From: Octopus sinensis
Lineage: Eukaryota
Reading direction: 5' to 3'
NCBI RefSeq assembly: GCF_006345805.1
Contig: NC_042998.1
Span: 185,876,001-185,940,000, forward strand
Length of the DNA stretch: 64,000 nt
Positions 1 to 12,096 of the stretch are shown in pieces. Made by a program: the position numbers and the translations under genes. Under the pieces are notes generated by a model. That model saw nothing but the letters and a program-made list of their open reading frames with translations, was not told the DNA's origin and searched no databases. Numbering within the stretch: the first letter of the stretch is position 1; each line of letters starts with the position of its first letter.

Positions 1-350
1 CCTTTTGTCCATCAGGTATTGGTCGATATTTCCTGTTCCTGGATTGCAAATGCATACTCTTCAAAGTGGAACGTAGTAATCCGGCTATTGGTCCATGATA
101 AACTGCTTTGATGATCGATGTTACTATCATCTCGGAGCTTTCTACTAACATATCCATACATAGTCTTCTGCTCATAAAGGCTCATCCTTTCATCTGATGA
201 TACGTTGCGGTAGAGTTGTCCGACTTCTTTGGGCATGTATTCTAGGTTATCAGACAAAGAGTGTTGCTCAAGGAGCTGCCTTCCAAGTCTTATGATGTTA
301 TCAACCTCATGTATGCAAACTTGGTCAAGGGATGCACTTCGACGCTTGGT
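1..350 (-). mobile_element. R4/Dong-type RLE LINE fragment (family B), runs off window edge
   Basis: Minus frame reads ...ITTFHFEEYAFAIQEQEISTN, homologous to + copy at 41470 (ITTSHFEGHAFAIQEQEIPTKYL), which precedes a degenerate zinc knuckle and RLE domain. Confidence 0.75.
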
Positions 351-526
351 AGTTAATGTATGTATGTATAAATTGAAAGAGGGATGTGTATATATGTCTG
401 TATTTATGTATGTATGTTATTATTCAGTTTTATTTCAATATTTCTTCTCAATAGAGAAAGAGTCGGTTTCTAACCTAGATCCAAGGCTCTTTTATTGGAA
501 TTTCAACATCAACAGGGTGTAAATGA

Positions 527-612
527 ATGTATGTATGTATGTATGTATGTATGTGTGTATGTATGTATGTATGTATGTATGTATGTATGTATGTATGTAT
601 GTATGTATGTGA
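527..612. repeat. (TATG)n microsatellite
   Basis: Direct reading. Confidence 0.95.
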
Positions 613-1614
613 GTGCTTGTGTGTATGTGTTTTAGCTAGCCATGCACAACATAAAATGCTAGGTTATTTTGTACAGTCTAGCATCATATTTTCTTTATTA
701 TGGTTAGTTTTGACTCAAAACAGCACGACGTGATCAGATTTACTAAGAGTGAAAATGAAACTGTGGATGTGAAGTGAATGGTATGTAACATTCTGTGGTT
801 TGTGCCGCTCCACTGCTCTCAATGAATTACTTCTTATATCAGTACAATGATACTCTCGTAAAATTTATAGCTGGTTTAATTGACTTCAGTACATTGGTAA
901 TGATTATTTCATTACTCCTAACTGGGTTTGAACTGAGAACACAAACACAGAAAAAAAAAAGAAAAAAACAGATCTGAATACATGTCAATTGGTAGATTGG
1001 AGGCATCCTTCGACTTTTTCTATCTAAAGTTTTTTAACCTAATGCTTATACGCAATTATTGGCAGCTTTATTTGCTTCGAAATTTCACCGATCTTTTTAT
1101 GACTTACTTAGAGAGAAAAAAGCAGTGGTCTTATCCTTTATTTGCGGTCTTATCCTTTATCGTAAGACTTACGATACTACTGGACAGAAAGGGAGGACAA
1201 AACCTATAACTCATGGGTTATCTTCAGACTGTAGTTCTTGTCTGAGTGCTCGCAAAAGCATATAAGAGCCCAGTGGTAGTGTTAAACCGAGCTACAGATT
1301 ATGTCTACCATCCGAAATAAATCTAAAACATAACACAAAATCTGTCGCCTAAACTTTATATATGAAGATTTTCACTTCGAGTATTATCTCCGGCAAATTT
1401 AGTCATTCCCGGCATTTCTATTTATAACAATTAAGTGGCCATGAGTATTGTTCTGCAAGTGTCACATGGAAGGTTGCTACAATACTTCAGCAATTACATA
1501 GAAATGTTCATTTTAAGGATTAAGTATCAAAAACTTGTAAGTTATTGTTATTGAAGGTGACACAGATTATTTTACAATTTCTACTTTGCTCATTTTATTA
1601 TTTGTAGCGGTTTC

Positions 1615-1832
1615 AAGGCGGCGAGGTAGCAGAATCGTTAGCCCACCGGGCAAAATGCTTAGCGGCATTTCGTTCGTCTTTACGTTCTGAGTTCAAATTT
1701 CGCCGGGGTCGACTCTGCCTTTCATCCGTGCGGGGTCGATGAAATAAGTACCAGTTACGCACTGGGGGTCGATGTAATCGACTAGTCCCCTGCTCCCAAA
1801 TGTCAGGCCTTGTGCTTTCACTAGAAATGATT
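1615..1832 (+). mobile_element. tRNA-derived SINE family A (short-tail subtype)
   Basis: GGCG..GCAGAATCGTTAGC head, GAGTTCAAAT B-box-like motif, core GTCGAC..GCCTTTCATCC..GGGGTCGA..AAGTACCAG; more than 20 homologous copies in window. Confidence 0.9.
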
Positions 1833-1972
1833 ATCTGCAGCGGTTTTATTTTAATTATTTATAGTCAGGGGCTATACACGGTAACTAATTCCTGACAGAA
1901 ATACACAACCTAACATTTTTGGGAAGCAATATATTGGATTGAGTCAAAATCATTATTTCAATAGTACATATT

Positions 1973-2138
1973 GGCGCAGGAGTAGCTGTGTGGTAAGTAG
2001 CTTGCTAACCAGCCACATGGTTCCGGGTTCAGTCCCACTGCGTGGCATCTGGGCAAGTGCAGTGTCTTCTGCTATAGCCCCGGCCCGACCAATGCCTTGT
2101 GAGTGGATTTGGTAGACGGAAACTGGAAAGAAGCCGTC

Positions 2139-2205
<67 letters not shown>

Positions 2206-2417
2206 TGTGGTGTGTTTGTGTCTGTGTTTGTCCCCTAGCATTGCTTGACAACCGATGCTGGTGTTGTTTACGTCCCCGTCACTTAGCGGTTCGGCAAAAA
2301 GACCGATATAATAAGTACTGGGCTTACAAAAGAATAAGTCCCGGGGTCGATTTGCTCGACTAAAGGCGGTGCTACAGCATGGCCGCAGTCAAATGACTGA
2401 AACGAGTAAAAGAGAGT
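1973..2417 (+). mobile_element. tRNA-derived SINE family B (CORE-like, internal (TA)n)
   Basis: A box TAGCTGTGTGGTAA, B box GGTTCAGTCCC, CORE-like TGGGCAAGTG..TCTT, internal microsatellite; homologous to copies at 18660, 20801 and 53612. Confidence 0.9.
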
Positions 2418-2606
2418 ATATAGTCAACAGCTGAATGGAGATAAGGAAAAGATGACCTCAACGGGTTTGAACTTGGGATTTAAAGAGACATAATCAATTA
2501 ACAATTTGTTTACTGCTCTACCAATTCTTGCATGTACAGTATTTACGACCGCACACAGTAATTGGTTCTTATATTATCTATAGATTTTAATTAACAAAAC
2601 ATCATG

Positions 2607-3238
2607 GCAAAAAAAAAAAAGAGAAAGTTTGTTACTTTTATTCGATTTTACTGTTTAAAGTCACGCAAACTTGATAATAGAGGTGGCTTTCATCATAGCT
2701 AGATGAAAAAAGTAATTTAATTAAAGCCTCCATAGTATTGGTTTCAAATTGTGGCACATGGTCTGCAATTTTGGGGGAGAAGTTAGTCGATTACATCGAG
2801 CCCAGTGCTCCAACTGGTATTTATTTTATCGATCTCGAAAGGATAAAAGGCAAAGTCGACCTCGGCGGAATTTGAACTCATAAAAATACTTGTAAATATT
2901 AAACAGTATAAAGTGATGAATTGCAAAAAAAAAAAAGAGAAAGTTTGTTACTTTTATTCGATTTTACTGTTTAAAGTCACGCAAACTTGATAATAGAGGT
3001 GGCTTTCATCATAGCTAGATGAAAAAAGTAATTTAATTAAAGCCTCCATAGTATTGGTTTCAAATTGTGGCACATGGTCTGCAATTTTGGGGGAGAAGTT
3101 AGTCGATTACATCGAGCCCAGTGCTCAACTGGTATTTATTTTATCGATCTCGAAAGGATAAAAGGCAAAGTCGACCTCGGCGGAATTTGAACTCATAAAA
3201 ATACTTGTATAATATTAAACAGTATAAAGTGATGAATT
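2607..3238. repeat. 316-bp x2 tandem duplication containing a SINE-A fragment (-)
   Basis: Units 2607-2922 and 2923-3238 differ by only two 1-bp indels that I could see; junctions at GC(A)12+. Confidence 0.95.
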
Positions 3239-3517
3239 GCAAAAAAAAAAAAAAAACAGTCGAGAGTTTAACGCGGAATAGAATTAGAATGATTGCTCTG
3301 GGTTCTGAGTTCAAATCACATCTAGGTCGGCATAACCTTTCGTTATCTCATTTATGCAGACAATTCGTCGGCATAAATTAGTTTTAATAAATAATATCCA
3401 AGCCTAACAAATTTGTCGCTTTAAGCCATTTTATAGAAATCTTTACGAAAATGAGTTCGAATGCTTTCGCATGCCTGTGACTCTGAAACTGTACGCTTTC
3501 AATTATTTCTGTGTACA

Positions 3518-3745
3518 TTCTCTCTCTCTCTCTCCTCCACCTCTCTCTCTCCCCTAACCTCTTTCTCTCCTCCACCTCTTTCTCTCCTCCACCTCTCTCT
3601 CTCCTCCACCTCTCTCTCTCCTCCACCTCTTTCTCTCCTCCACCTCTCTCTCCTCCACCTCTCTTTCTTTCCTCCACCTCTCTCTCTCCTCCACCTCTCT
3701 TTCTCCTCCACCTCTCTCTTTCCTCCACCTCTCTCCCTCTCTCAA
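3518..3745. repeat. Polypyrimidine minisatellite, about 15-17 bp unit (CT)nCCTCCAC
   Basis: Direct reading. Confidence 0.9.
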
Positions 3746-4508
3746 TTCTATTCCAGATTACAAATATTTCAATTTGTAACATGTAACCTGTAGCATCAAT
3801 TACTTTAAAAAAATTAAGAAGAAAACTATAAAGCTTATACTTCCAAATTTTATTAGTCTTATTCTTTTTTAAATCCTTTCTTTTCCCTCTTTACATGGAA
3901 GATTTCCATCACAAACGTAAAGAAATCTATTTACTAACACCGGTAAAGATGTATGAAACTGTTTCCAAATAGTTGTATTGTCGGTCATTCAAGATAGTGT
4001 TAATAAAATAAATTCTATGTTATTAAATTCTCTAACGAGAAGTAAGAAATCATATTAATAAAATGTAATGTGATAGGCAGGTCGGCTTTGCCAAGCTTAT
4101 TACTCTGAATGAGTCAGGTTGACCTGCGCCCAGAAATCGTAGAAAACTGAGTCACAGACGCCTCTAACCGGGAGCTTTCCACCAAGCTTATTGCACTCTC
4201 ATAGATCAAATTTACGGATCTATTAAATCGATAGTTATTGATTTCAAACATAAACATACATGCTCAGGCATACAGAGGAAGGTTTTCTGCTTTTTATTTA
4301 TCTATTTATATTAATGCAAGTAAAGGAGAAGTCTAGAATGGGAAATTAGGTCCAGGTGGCAAACTTGGCCGACTAGAAACCTTCCTCTTTTCCTCAACAC
4401 TGACTTTTTTGCAATTATTGTTAACTTTAATGGTATGGGGTGAATTACAGATATAGCATGAATTACATGTACGCATACTATATATATATATTATATATCT
4501 ATATAAAG

Positions 4509-4636
4509 AGGGGAGAGTTTACGAAAAAAACAAAAGAGAAGACAGGTGATGTACAAAACAAACAGATGTATTAGTATAACGCTCAGGAATAAAGTCTTTT
4601 ACGATTCGAGCCTACGCTCTTCTACAGAAAGGGACA

Positions 4637-4640
<4 letters not shown>
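4509..4640 (-). mobile_element. Penelope-like terminal (pLTR-type) fragment flanked by (TA)n
   Basis: Contains a minimal hammerhead-like motif at 4596-4631; this context is typical of PLE ends. Confidence 0.55.
4596..4631 (-). ncRNA. Degenerate minimal type I hammerhead-like motif (HHR-B)
   Basis: Minus strand CUUU CUGUAGA A GAGC-guag-GCUC GAAU C GUA AAAG: stem I CUUU/AAAG, stem II GAGC/GCUC, GUA site; two core deviations (A6 to U, A15.1 to U). Confidence 0.5.
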
Positions 4641-4684
<44 letters not shown>

Positions 4685-4987
4685 CTATATATATATATAT
4701 CTATATATAATATATATATATATATATAATATATATAATATATAATATATATATATCGAGAGAGAGAGAGAGGGAGGGAGAGGTAATGGTGTCAGTAAGA
4801 CCCAAAGGTGTCAGGTAATGCTGAGTAAGTGCTATGGACAGACTATAGTTAAGCTTCAGGTTCGGTGATTATGCAAATGAGGAGTCCAACGTAGGTCATA
4901 TATCAGCATGAGTATATATAAAAAAATTTTTCAGAATGAGATAAAAATCCAAGGCTGTGAAAGATTTTAGAACATTTATAAATAGAA

Positions 4988-5036
4988 GGCCTTACAGCTG
5001 TTTCCGGGATATTTTATGTATCCCTCCATCGGAGCC
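4988..5036 (-). ncRNA. Minimal hammerhead-like motif HHR-A, left copy
   Basis: GGCU CCGAUGG A GGGAUA-loop-UAUCCC G GAAAC AGCU GUA AGGC; palindromic stem III ACAGCUGU; A9 to G deviation. Confidence 0.55.
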
Positions 5037-5353
5037 GGTGCGAGAAAATGGTTAAGCAATAGTTATTTAAGATATGAAATAGAGAGTGAAGTGGAGAAAT
5101 GAAAATAGACGTGAGATATGCAGGGATATTGCATCCGTAGATCCATTATTTAGGCAGAGTGGTATACATATAAGATTCCAGTACTTTGTGAGTAAGTTCC
5201 AACTTACTCACAAGGCACTGGAATCTTATTCTGCCTAAATAATGGATTTACAGATGCAATATCCCTGCATATCTCACGTCTATTTCTATTCCTCCACTTT
5301 ACTCTCTATTTCATATATTATCTAAAATAACTATTGCTTAACCATCTCACACC

Positions 5354-5401
5354 GTCTCCGATGAACGGATATATAAAATATCCCGGAAACAGCTGCAAGA
5401 C
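5354..5401 (+). ncRNA. Minimal hammerhead-like motif HHR-A, right copy
   Basis: GUCU CCGAUGA A CGGAUAU-auaaa-AUAUCCC G GAAAC AGCU GCA AGAC; stem I GUCU/AGAC intact, cleavage triplet mutated to GCA. Confidence 0.55.
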
Positions 5402-6014
5402 CTATCTATAAATGTTCTAAAATCTTTCACAACCTTGGATTTTTATCTCATTCTGAAAATTATGTATGTATATATATATAAACGAAAAATAATTCGTAAC
5501 GCATCATAGAACATAGGAATTAATTCATTTTTATAAAATAAATAACATTAAATTTATTTGCACAGAGTTGAACGCAAATACATACTCAAGGTTTCAAACA
5601 AATGAAGTAGATTAACACAAAAGGTGCTCATATGAGAGGACAAAATAAATGGTATTCGGCCCCACAAATGTCAAATTTTTCTTTATCCCTACAGCATAGG
5701 AATTTATCTCGTGGCGTTACTATCATCTTCTAGTCTGGATATTGGCTTTAATCTATCAATGATTTAGTTCTAATTAATTGTAAATAATTACCATGTGGTA
5801 AGTAGTGCCCACTGTTGAAAGCAGTGGGAGCAATGTATACGTAAAGCTGCAAGCGTTACTAATGTTACATCCTCTCATGGACACGAAAAGGGCAATGAGT
5901 AACTTAACTTTTCGAGCACGCATTTTCAGCGTCTACCGATTCACTCGCTTGGTTTTGTCATTGAGTCTACACAAAGCCTCCCATTAGTGGTCAAGGAAGA
6001 AGGAGCAAGTGACA

Positions 6015-6238
6015 TGGAGAGAGAGAGGGAGAAAGTTAGAGAGAGAGAGAGAGAGAAAGTTAGAGAGAGAGAGAGAGAGAGAAAAAAAGTTAGAGAGAGA
6101 GAGAGAGAGAGAGAGAGAAAGTTAGAGAGAGAGAGAAAGTTAGAGAGAGAGAGAAAGAGTAAGAGAGAAAGAGTAAGAGAGAGAGAGGAGAGAGAGAGAA
6201 AGAGAGAGAGGAGAGAGAGAGAGAGAGAGAGAGATGGG
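6015..6238. repeat. (GA)n with periodic AAAGTT interruptions
   Basis: Direct reading. Confidence 0.9.
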
Positions 6239-6926
6239 GAGTGTCAATGAGGGAGCGTTACATCGACTCACGACCAGCTAGAAGTATCAGCTTAAAGGTC
6301 TCTGAAATCAAATCCTACTGTCTTAGAAAAGAAAGAACATATTCGAAAACGTAGCCCTAGATACACCACGTTTAAAAAAAACAGAACAAGATAGGATCCT
6401 CAGGATATGAATATCGTTGACCATAGTCTTGTTCAACCACGGCTGGCATGCAGTTAAACAAAACCAGCACCTCTAACAACAACAACAACTACCACAATAG
6501 TAACAAGTTAATGCAGGACTCTTTAAACACAATACAGTATGGAGAGAAAATTATATGAAGTAACGAAAGCCAATTAACATAAAGAGGCAGGTCTAAGAGA
6601 CAGATTTATACTGCATACTGCTGATGAGAGTCGTTGCGCTGAGACAAAGACTTTCCTGGTGAATCTCCGTTTCTCTACTTGCGAGAGTTCTTAGTCAACA
6701 TTAATGTGCTAAACTCTCTCTCTCCTCCTCTTTATCTCCCTCTCTCTATCTCCCTCTCCCCCCTCTCTCTTTCCTTCACACACACACACTGTCGCTCAAT
6801 ACATCTGCATATCAAATATATTTTTGATAGCGAGAGCGTTGACAGTCACTTAGAAGTTTCATTATTGTTGGCTTTGTCGGACTGATGCATACATACATAC
6901 ATACATACATACATACATACATAAAT

Positions 6927-7180
6927 GCGCCCTTTTAAAGCCTAGCCAGGCTCATGGGCCCGGTTTCCCGGTTTCCCGGTTTCAATGGCGTATGTGTTCC
7001 CCAGCTGGACGGGACACCAGTCCACCGGAGCGTTACTCATTTTTGCCAGCTGAGTGGACTGGAGCAATGTGAAATGAAGTGTTTTGCTCAAGAACACAAC
7101 GCGTCGCCCGGTCCAGAAATCGAAACCACAATCTTACGATCACGATGCTGACACCCTAACCACTAAGCCACTCGCCTCCA
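6927..7180 (-). mobile_element. tRNA-derived SINE family C
   Basis: Minus: TGGAGGCGAGTGGCTTAGTGGTTAGG (A box), GGTTTCGATTTC (B box), GTTCTTGAGCAAAACACTT CORE-like; tail shared with copy at 61933. Confidence 0.9.
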
Positions 7181-7181
7181 C

Positions 7182-7612
7182 TACATACACACACACATAC
7201 ATACATACATACATACATACACACACACATACATACATACATACATACATACATACATGCACACACATACATACATACACACACATACATACATACAAAT
7301 ACATACATACAAATACATATATATACATACATACATACATACACACACATACATACATACACACACATACATACATACACACACATACATACATACATAC
7401 ATACATACATACATACATACATACAAATACATACATGCATACATACATACAAATACATACATACATATAAATACATACATACATACATACATAAATACAT
7501 ACACACACACATACATACATACAAACATACATACATACATACATACATACATACATACATACATACATACATACATACATACATACATACATACATACAT
7601 ACATACATACAT
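7182..7612. repeat. (TACA)n/(CA)n compound microsatellite
   Basis: Direct reading. Confidence 0.95.
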
Positions 7613-8258
7613 GCGTATGTTATTGGAAGCTGAAACAGACAAACGGATTAATCCTTACACTGAATTTCTAGTTTCCAGACATTTGGTCGAATATTTAATT
7701 GTCTGAAGATCGTAAAGAAGAAAACCCGAGTAACGATTTCTGAAATTTCAGCTTACAATCCATTATATTTTATTACTCTACTTTCAGTGTTGTGTATTCT
7801 CTTTCCTTCATATTGTTTTCACGTAAGTGTTCACACACGACATCCGGTGATTGTATGTGTATATGTGTGTTCATGTATTTCTTTTTGTATGTGTGTGCTC
7901 GCATTCGTCATGCATGTGTAGGGGTATTTGTGTGTTTGTGCGCGTTTGTGCGTTTATGTGGGGTAGTATTTACATGTATTCGTGTATGCGTGTGATTTGA
8001 ACTTAGCTCCCACCGATTTTCATAATTAACTCCTGATATTTACAACCTGTTAAGGTTAGAGCAAAGCTGGGTTTGGGTTTGAGTGAGTTACGATTAAGAT
8101 AGGGACTAATATTAAGAGTGGATTAGAATTGGGACTAAATGTTGTTATGGAGTTGATGGGGCGAGGTGGGGTGGGGTCAGGTACAGTTTAAGTGGGGTAC
8201 AGTTTAAGTGTAGGTATGGGCTGACGAAATATTTCTTATATCAAGAATATACGACGAA

Positions 8259-9332
8259 AGACGGCGAGCTGGCAGAATCGTAAGCACGCCGGACGAAATG
8301 CTTAGCGGTATTTCGTCTGCCGTTACGTTGTGAGTTCAAATTCCGCCGAGGTCGACTTTGCCTTTCATCCTTTCGAGGTCGTTTAAATATGTACCAGCTA
8401 CGCACTGGGGTCGATATGATCGACTTAATCCGTTTGTCTGTCCTTGTTTGTCCCCTCTGTGCTTAGCCCCTTGTGGGCAATAAAGAAATAAGTATTTAAG
8501 ATGGCGAGCTGGCAGAAACGTTAGCACACCAGGCGAAATGCTCAGCGGTATTTCGTCTGCCGTTACGTTCTGAGTTCAAATTCTGCCGAGGTCGACTTTG
8601 CCTTTCATCCTTTCGGGGTCGATAAATTAAGTACCAGTTACGCACTGGGGTCGATGTAATCGGCTTATTCCGTTTGTCTGTCCTCGTTTGTCCCCTCTGT
8701 GTTTAGCCCCTTGTGGGTAATAAAGAAATAGGTATTTCGTCTGCCTTTACGTTCTGAGTTCAAATTCCACCGAGGTCGACTTTGCCTTTTATCCTTTCGG
8801 GGTCGTTTAAATATGTACCAGCTACGCACTGGGGTCGATGTAATCGACTTAATACCTATGTCTGTCCTTGTTTGTCCCCTCTATGTTTAGCCCCTTGTGG
8901 GTAATAAAGAAATAGGTATTTTGTCTGTCGCTACGGTCTGCGTTCAAATTCCGCCGAGGTCGACTTTGCCTTTCATCCTTTCGGGGTTGATTAAATAAGT
9001 ACCTATTTCTTTACTACCCACAAGGGGCTAAACACAGAGGGGACAAACAAGGACAGACAAACGGATCAAGTCAATTACACTGACCCCAGTGCGTAACTGG
9101 TACTTAATTTATCGACCCCGAAAGGATGAAAGGCGAAGTCGACCTCGGCGGAATTTGAACTCAGAACGTAACGGCAGACGAAATACGGCTACGCATTTCG
9201 CCCGGTGTGCTAACAATTCTGCCAGCTCACCTAAGTACCAGTTACGCACTGGGTCGATATAATCGACTTCACCCGTTTATCCGTCCTTGTTTGTCCCCTC
9301 TGTGCGTAGCCCCTTGTGGGCAGTAAAGAAAT
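8259..9332. mobile_element. Nest of five SINE-A (long-tail subtype) units, four + and one inverted
   Basis: Units 8259-8490, 8500-8730, 8731-8914, 8915-9003 plus 9232-9332, and inverted 9004-9231; whole nest bounded by AAGAATATACGACGAA (8243-8258, 9333-9348). Confidence 0.92.
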
Positions 9333-9806
9333 AAGAATATACGACGAACACAGTAGAGCAATGAACGAACACTTTGCTAATTAAAAAGAAAAGAAAAATT
9401 TCCGCTACATTCTGTATTCTCTTTTCCAATCGATTAAAAACTAGTAACCTGGTACTTATTCTTTCGGCCCTTTTTGCTGAACCGCTTAGTTATGGGGTCG
9501 TAAACAAACCAACACCAGTTGCCAAATGGTATTAGGGAAAGCAAACACAAGGACGCACACTCTCCCCCCTCTCTCTCTCTCACATACACCCACACACAAA
9601 CACAAACACACACGTATACTCACACGCGCATACACAAACAAACAAACATACATACATACATACATACACACATACATACATATATACATGCATACATACA
9701 AACATATTTACATACATACAAGTCTGAATGTATATGTATATTTTCATCAAATTCTGATACTGAACATCATAAGCCTCGGTTGAAGATGGAAAGGATAAAC
9801 AGTCCC

Positions 9807-9902
<96 letters not shown>

Positions 9903-10185
9903 GTTCCTTTTCCTTTTCTTTTTTTCTTTTTCTTTTTTTTCTTTTATTTATTTATTTTTTTTTTTTCTTTTCTTCCCTTTTACGATCCCTCTTGATCGAA
10001 AACCTACGCCACCCCCTTTTTTTGTTTCTTTTGTTTTTTTGTTTTTTTCATCCCCCCCAAAAGCTCTACCTTGTAACTTGTCCCATCTGTGTGCAGCCCT
10101 GTGTGGCCAATCTATATATCTATCTATCTACCTACCTACCTACCTACCTACCTACCTATCTATATCTATATCTAATCTATCTATC

Positions 10186-10233
<48 letters not shown>

Positions 10234-12096
10234 CTCTCTCCTCTTTCTCTTTCTCTCTCTCTCTCTATAAACATATATATATATATTATATATATATATA
10301 TATATACAGAGAGAGAGAGAGGGAGAGAGAGAGAAAGAGATGCGCACGTCCCATTCCTTCCACTTAGCTTTGTGCTGATGAATAAGGAAAAAAAAAAGAA
10401 CAAAAATACTGTGGAATAATAAAAGTAAATACTATATCATACAAATATCATACAACAAATACTATATTATTGCTAAAATTACTTCAAAGTCTATTTATAG
10501 CCTCCTCTTTAAAATCTGATTCAGATAACATCGCAAGTAAACGGTAATTATAAGCACTAAGTATATAGCATTATATACAAAATATAATTGTTCTAATAAC
10601 ACATAACATAAAATTCCATGTGTGAACTATATCAATATTCCTAAGAGAATTCTAAAGAACCTGGTGTTTCTGAGAATAAACCAATATTCTGAAGAGAACT
10701 GTAGAGTGGGTATTAAGTAGATGTAATCTCTTGGCAATCCAAGGCCTCAACTCGGTATCGATTCCCGGTGGTTAGCATACATGTAGTTATGTCACTGATA
10801 TTATTTAGAAAGTTATAAGCGTCACATACATTCTTATTTGCCCATAGTTATAGGTCCGAAGCCTTGTAGTTATGTAAGAAATCGATACTCAACAGAAATC
10901 TATAGATTCTGATATCAAATTCGAAAACGAAATTCGATAAAAGATACGCACGGATCTGCATCCTGCAATATCAAATTTTGTACAGACCTTTATATTTTTA
11001 TACGAAATTCTATTTTTATATCTGAACATATATGAAATACATTTAGTATATTATTCTTTACCGATTTAGAGATATTAATACAAATAATTTATATGACTTC
11101 AGTATATTAATTTATTTACACAGTTATATAATTTAATACGGTTTTCCGTAAGATTTATATTGTTTGATATGAAATTTTATCCGTACACCGTAATAAATAA
11201 AGCGAAAGATAGTGGACGCTCAAAATTCTTATTCTAACTCTTTAATATTTAATGCTTCAGTCTGTCAGCCATAGAGTATATCCACGGCAGTTGTTAGCTG
11301 CACTTTGCCGGGGGGTAGGTGCACATTCCACTTCATGATATCCTAGTGCTGATGAAGCTAGGGAAAACAAATTGTTATAATGCAAACAGAACGTCTTTGT
11401 TTGGACGCTGTATTGTAGCGAGAATTTTCTTTCTACAACGCTTACATGTATCTCGGAATCGTTAGTGTGTACGAGTCCCGTGTACTTACTACATAACAGT
11501 CTTGTATACAGGTGCAATATTAGATAAGAGTTTTTAGCAGCACATTAAAACATATATATTGCAGCAGCCTGCACAGGTAATTCCTGCGCAAATCAATCCC
11601 ATCTATAGACAAGTATACTACTACAGAATAGCATTACTATTTTATTGATGTATTAATGGGTATCTCAGTATAACCACATAAACATAGATAAGAACAAAAC
11701 AAAATGATAATAATAATAAAGAAAAGAAAAAGAGAAGAAACGAAAAGAACGAAAGAAGCAAAGAAACAAAGAAATGAAGATAATTTGTATCGTCTGCTAG
11801 AAATTAAAAATTATAAACGCAAGAGATCGTTTTGGAAAGTGGTGGTGGTGGTGGCGGTGGTGATAATTGGAATGAATGAATGTTACTACAAAAAGTGAAA
11901 AGGCAAATATAATAGCACATTTCTACTGAAAATGTAGCAGTAAACTATCTTTAGCAAATTATCCCCTGAAATAAACGAAGCGAGAAAAATTATTTTTTTC
12001 CGATTTTTACTCTCCTATGTAAGTTTAGAAAACATAAACACTGAATACAGATACTAACACGCGGACACATATATAGGGAAAAGAAAAAAACAAAAC

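Larger units (their letters stand above)
4930..5459. mobile_element. 530-bp head-to-head inverted pair of Penelope-like pLTR copies
   Basis: Arms 4930-5198 and 5201-5459 are reverse complements (roughly 10% diverged, 11-nt extra at 5159-5169); each carries a hammerhead-like motif. Confidence 0.8.

Noticed and set aside
5695-5797. Strong acceptor (TTTTTCTTTATCCCTACAG) and donor (GTG/GTAAGT) pair
   Set aside because: Stops in all three frames; could only be a non-coding exon, which is unsupported.
6621-6650. CTGATGA followed by GAGTC..GCTGAGAC, hammerhead-like
   Set aside because: No GAAA core, and stems I and III do not form.
8158-8210. Four G4 runs and a 15-bp direct repeat; telomere-like GGGTTT/GGTTAG upstream
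   Set aside because: Long third loop and no true TTAGGG array; weak.
8259-9332. Regularly repeated units resembling a CRISPR or satellite array
   Set aside because: Units are SINE copies with Pol III boxes and TSDs; no unique spacers, no cas genes, eukaryotic context.
10620-10900. Minus-strand frame with few stops, protein-like
   Set aside because: No recognisable motif; cannot be assigned.
11257-11517. 86-aa minus ORF with a possible short intron, and CTGATGA at 11349
   Set aside because: Splicing gives no consistent frame, and there is no hammerhead stem II.
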